A DNA stretch of 64,000 nt from Candidatus Krumholzibacteriota bacterium (GCA_024276305.1 JAJRXK010000108.1:8172-72171), one strand, 5' to 3'; positions 47,746 through 57,795 are shown, counted from the stretch's first letter. Notes: generated from the letters alone by a model not told the origin. Numbers and translations: made by a program.

Positions 47746-49208
47746 TTCAGCTCGGCCGGGAAGTCGAGGTCGAAGGCTTCGAGGCTTCCGGTTGCGGGGT
47801 CGCCCCACAGGAGTCGGTGATGGTTGGTGTCGGCGATCAGCAGGCGCTGGCCGACGGCGGTGATTCCGGCCGGTTCGTCCAGAGCCGTGGAGTCGGCCTC
47901 CGCGAAGAGATTCCGGCACCGCCGGGTTCGCAGATCGATGGCCTTGATCTTGTGATTGAAGGTGTCCGCCACGTAGAGGATCTCTCCGATGCGGGCGAGA
48001 TCCATGCAATGCTGCAGGAGAACGTCTTCGCCCTCGCCATCGACGTCTCCATAATCGAAGAGTCCTTGGCCGACCACCGTCTGTACGATTCCCTCTTCCA
48101 GATTCACCGCTCGCACGCTGCTGACTTCACTGTCCGCGACCATCAGATGGTTCCCGGCCAAGCAGAGACCGCTGGGTTGGGCAAAGGCGGCCTCTTGCAA
48201 CGAGGCGTCGATGTGGTCCTCCACTCCACTCCCCGCCCACGCTCCGATTTCGGCCTTCTCGATGTCGTAGAGCCACAGCTGATGGCTTCCGGCCATGGCG
48301 ATGACCAGGTGGTCTCCCGCTGCGACCACGTACCAGGGCGAACGCAGCGCATTCTCCAGCGGACGCTCGGGGTCGTGGTCGTCTCCACTGGTCCCGAGCT
48401 CTCCGTTGCCGGCGATCGTCTCCACCCAGAAGAGGTCGAGGTCGATGCGTCGCAATGCATGATTTCCCCGATCGGCCACGTAGAGATGGTGGTGGTGCCG
48501 GGTCATCCCCTGCGGATCCCGGAAGGTGGCGTGGTCGTGCCGTCCGTCACGGAGTCCGGGACTTCCGTCGCCGATGATCTTTTCCACCCGTCCGGCGTGG
48601 TCGCAGACCACGATGCGGTGGTGACCGCTGTCGGCGATGTAGATCCGTCGGTCGTCCGCGGCGACCTTTCCCGGATAGTAGAGTTGATGGTGGTCGGTGG
48701 TGGGGTCGGATCCGGGGTCGCGGAAGTCGGGGCGGAGGCAGCCCTTCTCGTTGCCTTCGGCCAGCAACTCTTCGATCCGGCCGGAGAGATCGTCGACCGT
48801 GGTCTCGCCGGAGATGTGCTCGCGCACATAACCCTCGGCGTCGACGAGAACGATCGTGGGCCAGGCTTTGACCAGGAATTGGGACCAGAGTTCCTGTCGC
48901 GAATCCATCACCACCGGGTGCTGGATGTGGTAGCGATGGACGGCATTCGCCACGCTCTCGTAGTCCTGCTCCTGCAGGAACTTGGGAGTATGGACACCGA
49001 CGACCTGCACCGGGGCGAGGGCGAATCGCTCTTCGATACGTGAGAGATGGGGCATCATGTGAAGACAGTTGATGCAGCAGTGGGTCCAGAAATCCAGGAC
49101 GATCACCTGCCCCTTCATCTGGGCGGTCCACTCGGCGGGGTCTTCGCAGTTCAGCCACGGGACATCGCTTGGGAGCTCAGCGGCGCGGACTTTCCCCAGG
49201 TCGGTCAT
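47742..49208 (-). CDS. Thioredoxin-like domain plus NHL-repeat protein (NHLRC2/SOQ1-like)
   Basis: LDFWTHCCINCLH, GVHTPKF, AWPT; NHL repeats IADSGHHRI, FAQPSGL, VADTFNHKIK. Confidence 0.92.
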   Translation of the reverse strand: MTDLGKVRAAELPSDVPWLNCEDPAEWTAQMKGQVIVLDFWTHCCINCLHMMPHLSRIEERFALAPVQVVGVHTPKFLQEQDYESVANAVHRYHIQHPVVMDSRQELWSQFLVKAWPTIVLVDAEGYVREHISGETTVDDLSGRIEELLAEGNEKGCLRPDFRDPGSDPTTDHHQLYYPGKVAADDRRIYIADSGHHRIVVCDHAGRVEKIIGDGSPGLRDGRHDHATFRDPQGMTRHHHHLYVADRGNHALRRIDLDLFWVETIAGNGELGTSGDDHDPERPLENALRSPWYVVAAGDHLVIAMAGSHQLWLYDIEKAEIGAWAGSGVEDHIDASLQEAAFAQPSGLCLAGNHLMVADSEVSSVRAVNLEEGIVQTVVGQGLFDYGDVDGEGEDVLLQHCMDLARIGEILYVADTFNHKIKAIDLRTRRCRNLFAEADSTALDEPAGITAVGQRLLIADTNHHRLLWGDPATGSLEAFDLDFPAELK

Positions 49209-49369
49209 GGATTCTCTTGGGCTCGGGGACGGAGGCGATCTGCGGGCTAGAGTGCCGTCTCGACCACATTTCGTCCAGCCGCGACTGGGCACAGCCTTGA
49301 CGAGCCCCCTCTCCGAAGAGATCTTGAGCGTTCATGGGGTCCGAGAGCCTTCGTCCTGGGGAGAGAGCC

Positions 49370-49633
49370 ATGTCACGCTTCGGCGCAGTGAGTCTGGTCT
49401 TCGGTCTTCTCGTAGTCGCCCTGGTGGTCTTTTCTCTCCGCGGAGTGGATGAGGCGACCTGCGAAGTCTGCGTGACCTTCAAGGGGCGCACCGAGTGCAG
49501 GATCGGGCAGGGACGGACCCGGGAAGATGCCATTCGCCAGGCCCAGACCTCCGCCTGCGCGGTGATGACCAATGGGATGGACGAGGTCGTGGCCTGTGGC
49601 CGCGTGGAGCCCAAGAGCGTGTCCTGCGAGTAG
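49370..49633 (+). CDS. Small membrane-anchored six-cysteine hypothetical protein
   Basis: N-terminal TM, CEVC plus four more Cys; GGAGAG upstream. Confidence 0.7.
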   Translation: MSRFGAVSLVFGLLVVALVVFSLRGVDEATCEVCVTFKGRTECRIGQGRTREDAIRQAQTSACAVMTNGMDEVVACGRVEPKSVSCE

Positions 49634-49649
49634 AACGCTCGCCACGCTC

Positions 49650-51416
49650 TCAGGGGGCCGGCATTCGGAGGGCCAGGATTGCTCGCAGCCGGTCGTTCCA
49701 ACTCTTCGGCTGGTCGAGTTCTTCGATGCAGATCGGCATTCGCCATCCCCAGTTCTCGTGGCTGGGAGTTCCCGGCACATTGATTCGCTCGTCGGCCGGA
49801 TCCAGCGGGCGCAGGGTTTCGTCGATGGCGAAGCAGTCGGGCAGCAGCAGCACGCAGAGCATGGAGCTCGTGCGCAGATTCCGTCGCAGAATCATCTCCA
49901 CGGTCTCTCCATCGAGTCGGTCGGGGACCTCTCGGTGACCGTGGATGGCTCGGGTGTAGTAGAGCGTGCGAGTCGCATGGTCCTCTTCTTCCCACCAACC
50001 CCGGATCGACGAGGCGTCGTGCAGTCCCGGAGCGCAGACGCTCAATTCGGGAAAGTGCGCCGGATCCCAGAAGGGCCGGTCCGCCTCGTTCTCGGCCCGA
50101 CACCATCTCTCGACTCGCAGGCCGGGAATGCCCAGATCGTCGAGGACCTCGGGAACGCAGGAGGGCACCGCTCCGAGGTCTTCGGCGCAGAGCAACATCT
50201 CCGTCTCGTGGCGCAAGGCCCCCAGTCTCTCCCTCCCCAACTCTCCCCATCGCCTTTCCCTCTCGGACTCGTTCTGCAGGAAGAGCTCCCGCAGAATCTC
50301 GCGTCGGCTGGGATCGAGGTCCAGGAAGAGGGGTTTCTGTTCCCACTCGAAGCGGAGTCCCCACTGGGTGGGGGTGGCGGGTAGGCGGAGGAGCGGCCCC
50401 TCCGGAGCGGCCAGGGCATCGAGTTCTTCGGAGCGGATCCCGCGGGCCGCGAAGCGGCGAGGATCGAGGGGGAGGGTGGGGACGTAGTGGCCATCTCTGC
50501 CACTGGTGTGGGGGAGGTCGATGCGCCAGATGCGGAAGAACCCCAGTACGTGGTCGATGCGCAGGGCTCGATAGTACTGGGAGGCATGACGAATCCTCCG
50601 GCGCCACCAGGCGTAGCCATCTTCGCGCATTCGCTCCCATCGATAGCAGGGAAATCCCCAGTACTGCCCCTCCTCGCAGTAAATGTCCGGGGGAGCGCCG
50701 GCGCGGCCTTCGAGGTCGAAGAGGTCGCGGTAGAACCAGACGTCGGCACTCTCTTCCTGGAGGAGGATGGGGACATCCCCCTTCAGAGCGACCCCCAGCT
50801 CCTTCAGGCGTTGGGCGCTCGCGAGCAGCTGACGATGGGCGTGGTACTGGACCCAGGTATGGTAGAGCCACTTCCGGTGCCTCGACTGCAGGAGATCTTC
50901 CAGGTCCTGGGGGCGGGGACGGCGGTAGTGCACCCACTCCGACCAGGGACGGCCTTCGTTCTCCTCGAGGAGGATCTTGTAGGCGGCGTAGACGTGGACC
51001 CAGTTCTGCTCGGTGGCGAAGGCCTCGAGTTGGGCCTCGAGGGCCCGGGGATCGAGACTCTCGAAGATCGAAGCCAGGACTCGGGTCTTGGCCGCCAGAA
51101 CGGCGTCGTAGTCCACCCGCGCGGTCTTGGCCAATTTCAGTTGTTCGGCCAGGTAGTCCTCGAGGAAGGTCGGATCGGGGGCGATCTCCTCGATGCAGAG
51201 GTAAATGGGATGGAGGGCCACCGCGCTGACCCCCGCATAGGGCGAGGGGTCGTCCCCGGTGTCCTGGACCGGCAGGATCTGGAGGAGATCGAAGCCCAGT
51301 CCCGCGGCCCACTGGCCGAAGGGAACGAGGTCCGGGTATTCGCCGATCCCGTGGTGACCCCGGCGGAGGGCCGAGAGAGGAGTCGCGACTCCGGTGCGGA
51401 AGGCGGAAGAGTCCAA
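49650..51416 (-). CDS. malQ: 4-alpha-glucanotransferase (GH77)
   Basis: QILPVQDTG..SPY, LKGDVPI, GAPPD..GQYWGFP, RIDHVLGFFRIW, AEDLG, RINVPG. Confidence 0.95.
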   Translation of the reverse strand: MDSSAFRTGVATPLSALRRGHHGIGEYPDLVPFGQWAAGLGFDLLQILPVQDTGDDPSPYAGVSAVALHPIYLCIEEIAPDPTFLEDYLAEQLKLAKTARVDYDAVLAAKTRVLASIFESLDPRALEAQLEAFATEQNWVHVYAAYKILLEENEGRPWSEWVHYRRPRPQDLEDLLQSRHRKWLYHTWVQYHAHRQLLASAQRLKELGVALKGDVPILLQEESADVWFYRDLFDLEGRAGAPPDIYCEEGQYWGFPCYRWERMREDGYAWWRRRIRHASQYYRALRIDHVLGFFRIWRIDLPHTSGRDGHYVPTLPLDPRRFAARGIRSEELDALAAPEGPLLRLPATPTQWGLRFEWEQKPLFLDLDPSRREILRELFLQNESERERRWGELGRERLGALRHETEMLLCAEDLGAVPSCVPEVLDDLGIPGLRVERWCRAENEADRPFWDPAHFPELSVCAPGLHDASSIRGWWEEEDHATRTLYYTRAIHGHREVPDRLDGETVEMILRRNLRTSSMLCVLLLPDCFAIDETLRPLDPADERINVPGTPSHENWGWRMPICIEELDQPKSWNDRLRAILALRMPAP

Positions 51417-51424
51417 GGTCGGTC

Positions 51425-52216
51425 TCAGTTCGTGATGGGGAGCGCCTCGGCCACGTCGCCGTAGAGGTGTGCGAGGACCTCCCGCCGAGTGGGAGGAGTG
51501 GGGTATCCGAGTTCGCGGATTCGGTCGCGGATGACCTGCAGCTCTTCGATGGGCGCGTTGTCGACCTCGTCCACCAGGACCTCGTGGGTGAAGCGTCGCA
51601 CCCTCACCTGGAGGCGGCGATCGAAGGTGGCGGACCAGACGATCTTCTGGTCCCTCAGATCGAAGACATCCACGCTGAGTCCCACGTGGTGCCGACTCAA
51701 GAGCTCGATCTCGAAACGAATGCGATCTTCCTGGTCGTAGCGGGTCTGCTCGTGGGTGCGTTCGACCTCATCGATGTCGATGCGTCCGAGCAGGACATAG
51801 CGTCCGAGCGGGCGTCGTCGGGAGAGGGCGCCGAGGGCGGGTGCCGCGAGCCTCGCGCTGCGGGCATATTGGTCGAGAATCCCGGCGTACTCGTCGACAT
51901 CCCCGGCCAGCAGAGCTTGGGCCGGCCCCACCAGAGTCAGAGACGACTCCTCGCTCAGGCGCCGCCGCAGATTCTCCCCGAGGGTCAAGGGATCGTCGGT
52001 GCCGGTGGTGTCGGCGACCGAAGGTGCGACGACCACCGCGCCCACGATCAACCCGCCTTCACGGAGGGCGTGGTCGTCGAAGTCGGGGTCGGTGTAGACC
52101 GCCTTCTGCGCGCCTCCACACCCGACCAGGACGGTCCAGACCAGGAGGGTCCGAGCAGCCCAACCCATTTCCGGCCGGGACATTCGCAGGGGGAGCTTCG
52201 AATTCGGTCTCGACAT
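51425..52216 (-). CDS. Hypothetical lipoprotein
   Basis: LVGC lipobox, VFDLRDQKIVWS; fills the gap in a minus-strand gene run; start may be 52183. Confidence 0.7.
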   Translation of the reverse strand: MSRPNSKLPLRMSRPEMGWAARTLLVWTVLVGCGGAQKAVYTDPDFDDHALREGGLIVGAVVVAPSVADTTGTDDPLTLGENLRRRLSEESSLTLVGPAQALLAGDVDEYAGILDQYARSARLAAPALGALSRRRPLGRYVLLGRIDIDEVERTHEQTRYDQEDRIRFEIELLSRHHVGLSVDVFDLRDQKIVWSATFDRRLQVRVRRFTHEVLVDEVDNAPIEELQVIRDRIRELGYPTPPTRREVLAHLYGDVAEALPITN

Positions 52217-52260
52217 CCGAGGCTTTCCTTGGAGGAGGTGCGGGCAGAAAGCGCCGAAGT

Positions 52261-53313
52261 CTAGCGTCCCCAGTTCAACAGTGGCAACACTCGTCGTCCG
52301 CGGGGATTGTCCCAGACCACATTCACCAAGCCGACCTGCACTCCGTGCAGCTCTCGGGTGAGGTTGATGAGTCCCACCGACAAGCCGCTCACCCGGGTGT
52401 CGAAACGGTTGTAGGCACTGATGGAGATCCCCTTCAAGCTCACTCCGACGTTGCGCAATCCCGAGAGCGCGATGCCCTCCACCCGGTCGCTGTCCAACCC
52501 CAGTCCCGCGATGGCGACGCCGCGGACTCTCTGGCCCACCGCCAGCCCCAGACCGGCCACCGCGAGGCCGGTGAAGTCACGGCCCACTCCCGCTCCCAGT
52601 CCGGTGACCAGAAGACCGGCGGCCCCTTCTCCGACGCTCATGCCCAGGCCGCTGACGCCGACTCCTCGCAGACGCTCTCCGACTCCCGCTCCCAATCCGG
52701 CCAGGACTACCCCGCCGAAGTCCCGTCCCACGCTCATTCCCAAACCACCGATGATCAGACCTCGGGCGTCGCGACCCACTCCGGCCCCGAGCCCCGCGAT
52801 CGCGATGCCGTCGAAGTCGGTCCCGATGCCCATGCCCACTCCCGCCACCAGAAGTCCCCGGCCGAAGGCCGGGGCCGAACTGTTCTCGGCCCAGCCGGCA
52901 TGACCTCCGCCGATGGCAATGCCCACCAGGCCGACCCCGATCCCGGAGAAACTGCGGGTGGCCTCGATGCCGACCCCCGCGAGATGAATTCCTCGAAGAG
53001 TCTCGGCCCCACTGCCCCAGAGTCCGATCCCCACTCCGTCGACCGTCCCCGACCGCATGGATCGGGACCTCCACAGAGTCAGGTTGAGCCCCCGGATGGT
53101 GTCGAGTTCGTGGTCGTGGAGATTGACGCGAAGCCCGGTCCACCGAGGGGAATTGCCCAGGCTCAGTCCGGTCTGCGAGAAGCCCAGGTCCACCGAGGAG
53201 GCGGAGGTCAGCGATGCCCCCAAGAGCAGGGCCAAGGCCACCGTGACTCCCACCGCTCTCCTCGAGCACCGGGCGGGAATGCGTGGCCTCACCAGAGGCT
53301 CCGGTCCTATCAC
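52261..53313 (-). CDS. Exported Gly-rich repeat protein (LA_2272-like surface repeat, probable beta-solenoid)
   Basis: Signal-like segment; about 15 repeats of 14-16 aa GxxxxGLGxxVG; GVQVGLVN and terminal LPLLNW; start uncertain. Confidence 0.78.
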   Translation of the reverse strand: MIGPEPLVRPRIPARCSRRAVGVTVALALLLGASLTSASSVDLGFSQTGLSLGNSPRWTGLRVNLHDHELDTIRGLNLTLWRSRSMRSGTVDGVGIGLWGSGAETLRGIHLAGVGIEATRSFSGIGVGLVGIAIGGGHAGWAENSSAPAFGRGLLVAGVGMGIGTDFDGIAIAGLGAGVGRDARGLIIGGLGMSVGRDFGGVVLAGLGAGVGERLRGVGVSGLGMSVGEGAAGLLVTGLGAGVGRDFTGLAVAGLGLAVGQRVRGVAIAGLGLDSDRVEGIALSGLRNVGVSLKGISISAYNRFDTRVSGLSVGLINLTRELHGVQVGLVNVVWDNPRGRRVLPLLNWGR

Positions 53314-53345
53314 GGGCGATCTCCAGGGTGCGGCGGGGGAAGAAT

Positions 53346-55175
53346 TCACAGGATTCCCAATTCCCTCAAGCTCGATTCGAGTTGGGTGACCAGCTGATCG
53401 CAGCGTTGGACCACGTCTTCGATGGGACCTGCTTCGCGTAGATTCACTCCCGCGCGTTGGAGCTGATCGATGGGATGGGAGGAGCTTCCCGATGCCAGGA
53501 GCTCGAGATAGCGTGGGACCACCACCTCGCGATTCTCTCCCTGCATGGCCTTGGCGATCGCCGCGGCCGAGGCGAAGCAAGTCGCGTACTGGTACACGTA
53601 GTAGGGTGTTCGGTAGAGATGGGGAATGCGGGCCCAGGTGAGAGCATAGGCCTCGTCGTGGACGATGGCATCTCCGTAGTAGTCGACCATCAGTTCTCGA
53701 TAGATCTCCGACAGGCTGTCCGCGGTCATGGCCTTCCCCGCTTCGATGTCTCGATGGGCGCGGAGTTCGAAGTCGGCGAAGAGAACCTGGGTGTAGAAGG
53801 TTCCCACCATGCTGTCGATGGCGTGCTGCAAGAGCAGGGTTCGTTCGCCGGGGTCACGGCTCTCGGCGAGGAGATGATCGAGGAGCAGACCCTCGTTCAA
53901 GGTCGATGCCACTTCGGCCACGAAGATGGTGTAGTCGGAGTAGACATAGGGTTGGGCGGCATGAGCGAGGACGGTGTGCATGCTGTGGCCCATCTCATGG
54001 GCCAGGGTGAACATGTCTCCCCGGGTGTCCTTGTAGTTCATCAGGACGTAGGGATGAACGCCGTAGACCGGGGCGCTATAAGCTCCCGACCTCTTCCCGG
54101 CATTCTCGTAGACGTCGATCCAGCCCGACCCGAAGGCCTCCTGCAGGCGGGACTGGTACTGTTCTCCCAAGGGGCGCACCGAGGCCACGATGTGTTCGAC
54201 GGCTTCCTCGTAGGGATAGGAGAGATCGCGGCGGACCAGGGGAACCTGAGAGTCGTAGAGGTGCATCTGCTCGAGGCCGAGGGCCTGTTGGCGCAGCCGG
54301 AGATAGCGCCGGAGAGGTGCGACCGCACTGCGGGTCGTCTCGATCAGGTTCTCGACCACCGCGGTGGGGATGGCATCGCCGTCGAGTGAGGCCTCGAGGG
54401 TCGACGCATAGCCTCGACTGCGGGCGAAGAACCAGTCCCGATGACATACTGCGCTGTAGAGGGCCGCATAGGTGTTCCGGTGATTCTCGAAGACCCCGTA
54501 GAGGGCTTCGAAGGCGGCGCGGCGATCCTTCTGGGAGGCACTGGTGCTCAGCAAGTGGTGGTAGGTCGAATAGGTGAGGGTGATTTCTTCCCCACTCTCG
54601 AGGACGATCCGGGGCCACTTGATGTCGGCACCACTCAGCATCGAGTAGGCTTCCCGGGGGGCGTTCGCGAGTTGAGAGGTGTAGCTGAGGAGGGTCTCTC
54701 GGGCTTCGTCGAGGACGTGTCGCTGTTGACGGAAGAGATCCGAGAGATAGAAGCGGTAGGGACCGAGCCGAGGATCTTCGGTGCACCAACGATCGACGCA
54801 CTCTTCCCCGAGGGCGAGGAGTTGGGGACGAAACCAGGCGGTCGCCGTTCCGGCCCGGGCCAGAAGCTCGGTCACCCGTTGTTTGTGGGCGGCGATCTCG
54901 TTGCGTCGGAGGTCCTCGTCGTGCATGAGCGCCGGATACCACCACACCCGTTGCGCCGCTTCGTCGATGCTGTCGTTGAGGCTCAAGATCTCGACCAAGG
55001 TCGATGCCCCCTCGGCCACTCGGCCCTGGAAGGCCTGCATCCGGTCGATCTGCTCTTCCAGAGACTTCATCGCCGTGTCCCAGGCGTCGAAGTTCTCGAA
55101 GATCTGCTCCAGCTTCCATCGCCGGTCGGCTGGAATCTGCTCACGAGGGAGAGGTTTCGTCGCCGTGGACGGCAT
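53346..55175 (-). CDS. pepF: Oligoendopeptidase F (M3B)
   Basis: GKRSGAYS, HPYVLMNY, TLAHEMGHSMH, FVAEVAS, WARIPHLY..YYVYQYAT. Confidence 0.96.
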   Translation of the reverse strand: MPSTATKPLPREQIPADRRWKLEQIFENFDAWDTAMKSLEEQIDRMQAFQGRVAEGASTLVEILSLNDSIDEAAQRVWWYPALMHDEDLRRNEIAAHKQRVTELLARAGTATAWFRPQLLALGEECVDRWCTEDPRLGPYRFYLSDLFRQQRHVLDEARETLLSYTSQLANAPREAYSMLSGADIKWPRIVLESGEEITLTYSTYHHLLSTSASQKDRRAAFEALYGVFENHRNTYAALYSAVCHRDWFFARSRGYASTLEASLDGDAIPTAVVENLIETTRSAVAPLRRYLRLRQQALGLEQMHLYDSQVPLVRRDLSYPYEEAVEHIVASVRPLGEQYQSRLQEAFGSGWIDVYENAGKRSGAYSAPVYGVHPYVLMNYKDTRGDMFTLAHEMGHSMHTVLAHAAQPYVYSDYTIFVAEVASTLNEGLLLDHLLAESRDPGERTLLLQHAIDSMVGTFYTQVLFADFELRAHRDIEAGKAMTADSLSEIYRELMVDYYGDAIVHDEAYALTWARIPHLYRTPYYVYQYATCFASAAAIAKAMQGENREVVVPRYLELLASGSSSHPIDQLQRAGVNLREAGPIEDVVQRCDQLVTQLESSLRELGIL

Positions 55176-55335
55176 CGTGGTGCTCCATTCTTGGGCGAGA
55201 AGGCGGTGATGGCCCCAGAATTGCAAAAACCTTCGGATGCAGCGGAAGCCCGCCGACGCCGGAGGCGCCAACCGCAACCAAAGTACTCGAAGGAGGGGGA
55301 TTCGGCTCTCGCTCCTTCGATTCGAAGGGACTAGG

Positions 55336-57795
55336 GTGGCGATTCGACAACCCAGTTCGTCGACGACCGGCCCGCCTCTTTCCGGGATGGAGATGGCGAG
55401 AGCCCTCGCCCGAGGCTCGGGGATCGCGGAGATCATCCGCCCCATTCTCGACCACATCGCCTTCCGCTGCGGTCGGGAAGCGATCGCTCTCTACGAACTC
55501 TCCGAGTCCGGAGGGAGCCGGCGAGTGGCCGCGGTCGGAAGCCTGGCCGCGGGAGAGGGGCAGGTGCCGGTGGCCCTGTTTCCGCTCCTGCATCAGGTCC
55601 TGAAGACGGGCCAGCCCCGAAGCCTGGAGTCTTCGGTGCTCGAGGAGGAGCTGCGCGGCACGCCTTATCAGCTCCTCCGGAGTGCAACCCTCCTTCCCAT
55701 CTCGGTGACCGACGATCTCGGCGCGGTCTTGGCTCTCGGAGACCCGATCCGTTCCGAGGCCGAGGACGAGGGTCGGGATCTCGTCACCGAACTGAGCTGC
55801 GAAGTGGGAACCTTGGCCCTCGTCCTCGTGCACCAAGCCCATGCCCAGCCTCTGCATCGAGGAGTAGAAGCCGAGCCGGATCCCACCGAGCGCATGTTGG
55901 CCCTGACGACCTTGAGAGACATGATTCCCCAGGTGGTGTTGGTCAAGGACCTCGAGAACCGGGTGTTGTGGGCGAATCGCCGGGCCGAGGAGTTCTACCA
56001 TCTGCGTCGGGAGCAGATGGAAGGCGAATTCCTCTGGGAGATCGATCCTCTCAACGCGGCCCAGTCCTACCGGGCCGATCTGGCCGTTCTCGAATCGGGG
56101 GAGGCCCAGTCGGGCTCGTTGGAGTGCATCACCGGGATGCAGGGCGAAGAGGTCTGGCTCCGAGTGGATCGAGCTCCGGTCTTCGGAGATGGGGGCCGGA
56201 TCGTGGCCGTGGTCACCGCCGCCGAGGAGGTCAGCGATCAGCTGCGCTCGGCCGAAGCACTCCGGCAGCGGGAAGAGGACGCATCCCGGGCCGAACGCCG
56301 CCGGGACCAGTATCTCCTGGCCCTGGCCAGCGAAGTTCGGGAGCCCTTGGTGCAGGCCCAGCGACGCCTGGCCCAGTTGCGAAGCTCCGAAGAAGATTCC
56401 GCCCTCGCCCAGGCCCTCGACGCGATCCTCGAGATTCAACAGCAGTCCCTGTCCAACATTCAGGATCTCCTCGATTTCTCGCGGGTGGAGAATGGCAACC
56501 TGGCCATCCAGACCTACGATTTCGACCTCGAGGAGATCGTCTGGGACGTGCTTTCGGCCTGCGAGCGAAGTGCGCGGCGCCGAGGCATCGAATTGGCGAG
56601 CCGAGTCGCTCCGGAATGCCCGACCCGGGTTGCCGGCGATGCCAGCCGGGTCCGCCAGATCTTGATCCAGATCGTGGGATGTGCGCTGCGGGTGGCGCGA
56701 GGCGGAGAGGTCTTTCTGCTCTGTTCTCCTCTCGGCGAAGATCGCACCGCGCCTCTTCTGCGATTCGAAGTGCGCGCCCCGTCGTCGAATCTCAATCTCC
56801 AGGAGCTCGAGGAGTATTTCGCGGCCTACCGCAGCGACGTGGCTGCCGGCGAAGCGGTGGATTCGACCCACGAACTCCGGCTGGCCCTGGCCCGGACGCT
56901 GACCCGTCTGCTGGGAGGCGAGGTCGACGTGGAGATTGCCGCCGATCGCAGTTTCGTGTGTCGGTGTCAGATTCCTCTGCGCCGCCCCATCGATCTGGGG
57001 GTTGTCGGCGCGAGTGCTCTCCCCCGGGCGGGAGCACGAGTCCTGCTCTGCGAACCGAATGCGAATATGCGAGCCATTCACGATCAGCGTCTGCGAGATC
57101 TACAGATGGTCGTCGACACCGCCTCCCAGCCGAGGGTGGGAGCGGAGATGGTGCGGGCGGCCTTCCAATCGGGGTGGCCCTACGACGTCGTGATCTGCGA
57201 GCGCTCCGACGAGGGGCAGGATTCCCAGCTCGCGACCGCGGTGGACGAGGTCGGTCGAGGAACCATGGTCTGGATGATGGACGGTCGCCCCTCGAGGGAA
57301 GAGATCGAGAGCGGTGAAGTGCTCCGTCTCCCCTGGCGGCAGAACGATCTCCGTGAGCTCCTCTGCCGAAGTTGTGGAGCCCAATCGGGAGAGGTCGATC
57401 TGCGTTCCGGCCACGAAGGGGAGCGCAGTTTTCTGGTGGTGGACGACGATCCCGTGCGGGCCCAGGTGACGGCGTTCGCCTTGCGGCGGATCGGTGGAAG
57501 CGTGTGGGTGGCGTCGAAGCAGGAGGAGGCCCTCGACCAGATCGAGCGCAGGGACTTCGACCTGGTGATCGTGGACGAGGACTGGCTCGCGCGGGGACAC
57601 GAAAGCATCGTCGACGATCTGCGCCGTCTGGAGGGGAGTCAGCGTCGCACCCGCATCGCGGTGGGAGTCCACGAAGTGGATCCGGCGCGAGTGGAAGAGC
57701 TGGCCGCCCGCGGATTCGATGGGCTCATCGGGAAGCCCCTCGACGTCGACGCCCTCTTTCGCATCCTTGCCTGCGGTGGGATGGTGACCCTCTGA
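55336..57795 (+). CDS. PAS-containing hybrid histidine-kinase-like protein with degenerate kinase motifs and two receiver-like domains
   Basis: PAS (VKDLENRVLWAN), HisKA-like ASEVREPL, LLDFSRVE, GDASRVRQIL, REC FLVVDDD..FDLVIVD..KP; start inferred. Confidence 0.85.
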   Translation: MAIRQPSSSTTGPPLSGMEMARALARGSGIAEIIRPILDHIAFRCGREAIALYELSESGGSRRVAAVGSLAAGEGQVPVALFPLLHQVLKTGQPRSLESSVLEEELRGTPYQLLRSATLLPISVTDDLGAVLALGDPIRSEAEDEGRDLVTELSCEVGTLALVLVHQAHAQPLHRGVEAEPDPTERMLALTTLRDMIPQVVLVKDLENRVLWANRRAEEFYHLRREQMEGEFLWEIDPLNAAQSYRADLAVLESGEAQSGSLECITGMQGEEVWLRVDRAPVFGDGGRIVAVVTAAEEVSDQLRSAEALRQREEDASRAERRRDQYLLALASEVREPLVQAQRRLAQLRSSEEDSALAQALDAILEIQQQSLSNIQDLLDFSRVENGNLAIQTYDFDLEEIVWDVLSACERSARRRGIELASRVAPECPTRVAGDASRVRQILIQIVGCALRVARGGEVFLLCSPLGEDRTAPLLRFEVRAPSSNLNLQELEEYFAAYRSDVAAGEAVDSTHELRLALARTLTRLLGGEVDVEIAADRSFVCRCQIPLRRPIDLGVVGASALPRAGARVLLCEPNANMRAIHDQRLRDLQMVVDTASQPRVGAEMVRAAFQSGWPYDVVICERSDEGQDSQLATAVDEVGRGTMVWMMDGRPSREEIESGEVLRLPWRQNDLRELLCRSCGAQSGEVDLRSGHEGERSFLVVDDDPVRAQVTAFALRRIGGSVWVASKQEEALDQIERRDFDLVIVDEDWLARGHESIVDDLRRLEGSQRRTRIAVGVHEVDPARVEELAARGFDGLIGKPLDVDALFRILACGGMVTL

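Noticed and set aside
38361-51416. glgC and malQ as a glycogen gene cluster
   Set aside because: They are 10 kb apart on opposite strands with unrelated genes between, and no glgA, glgB or glgP is present.
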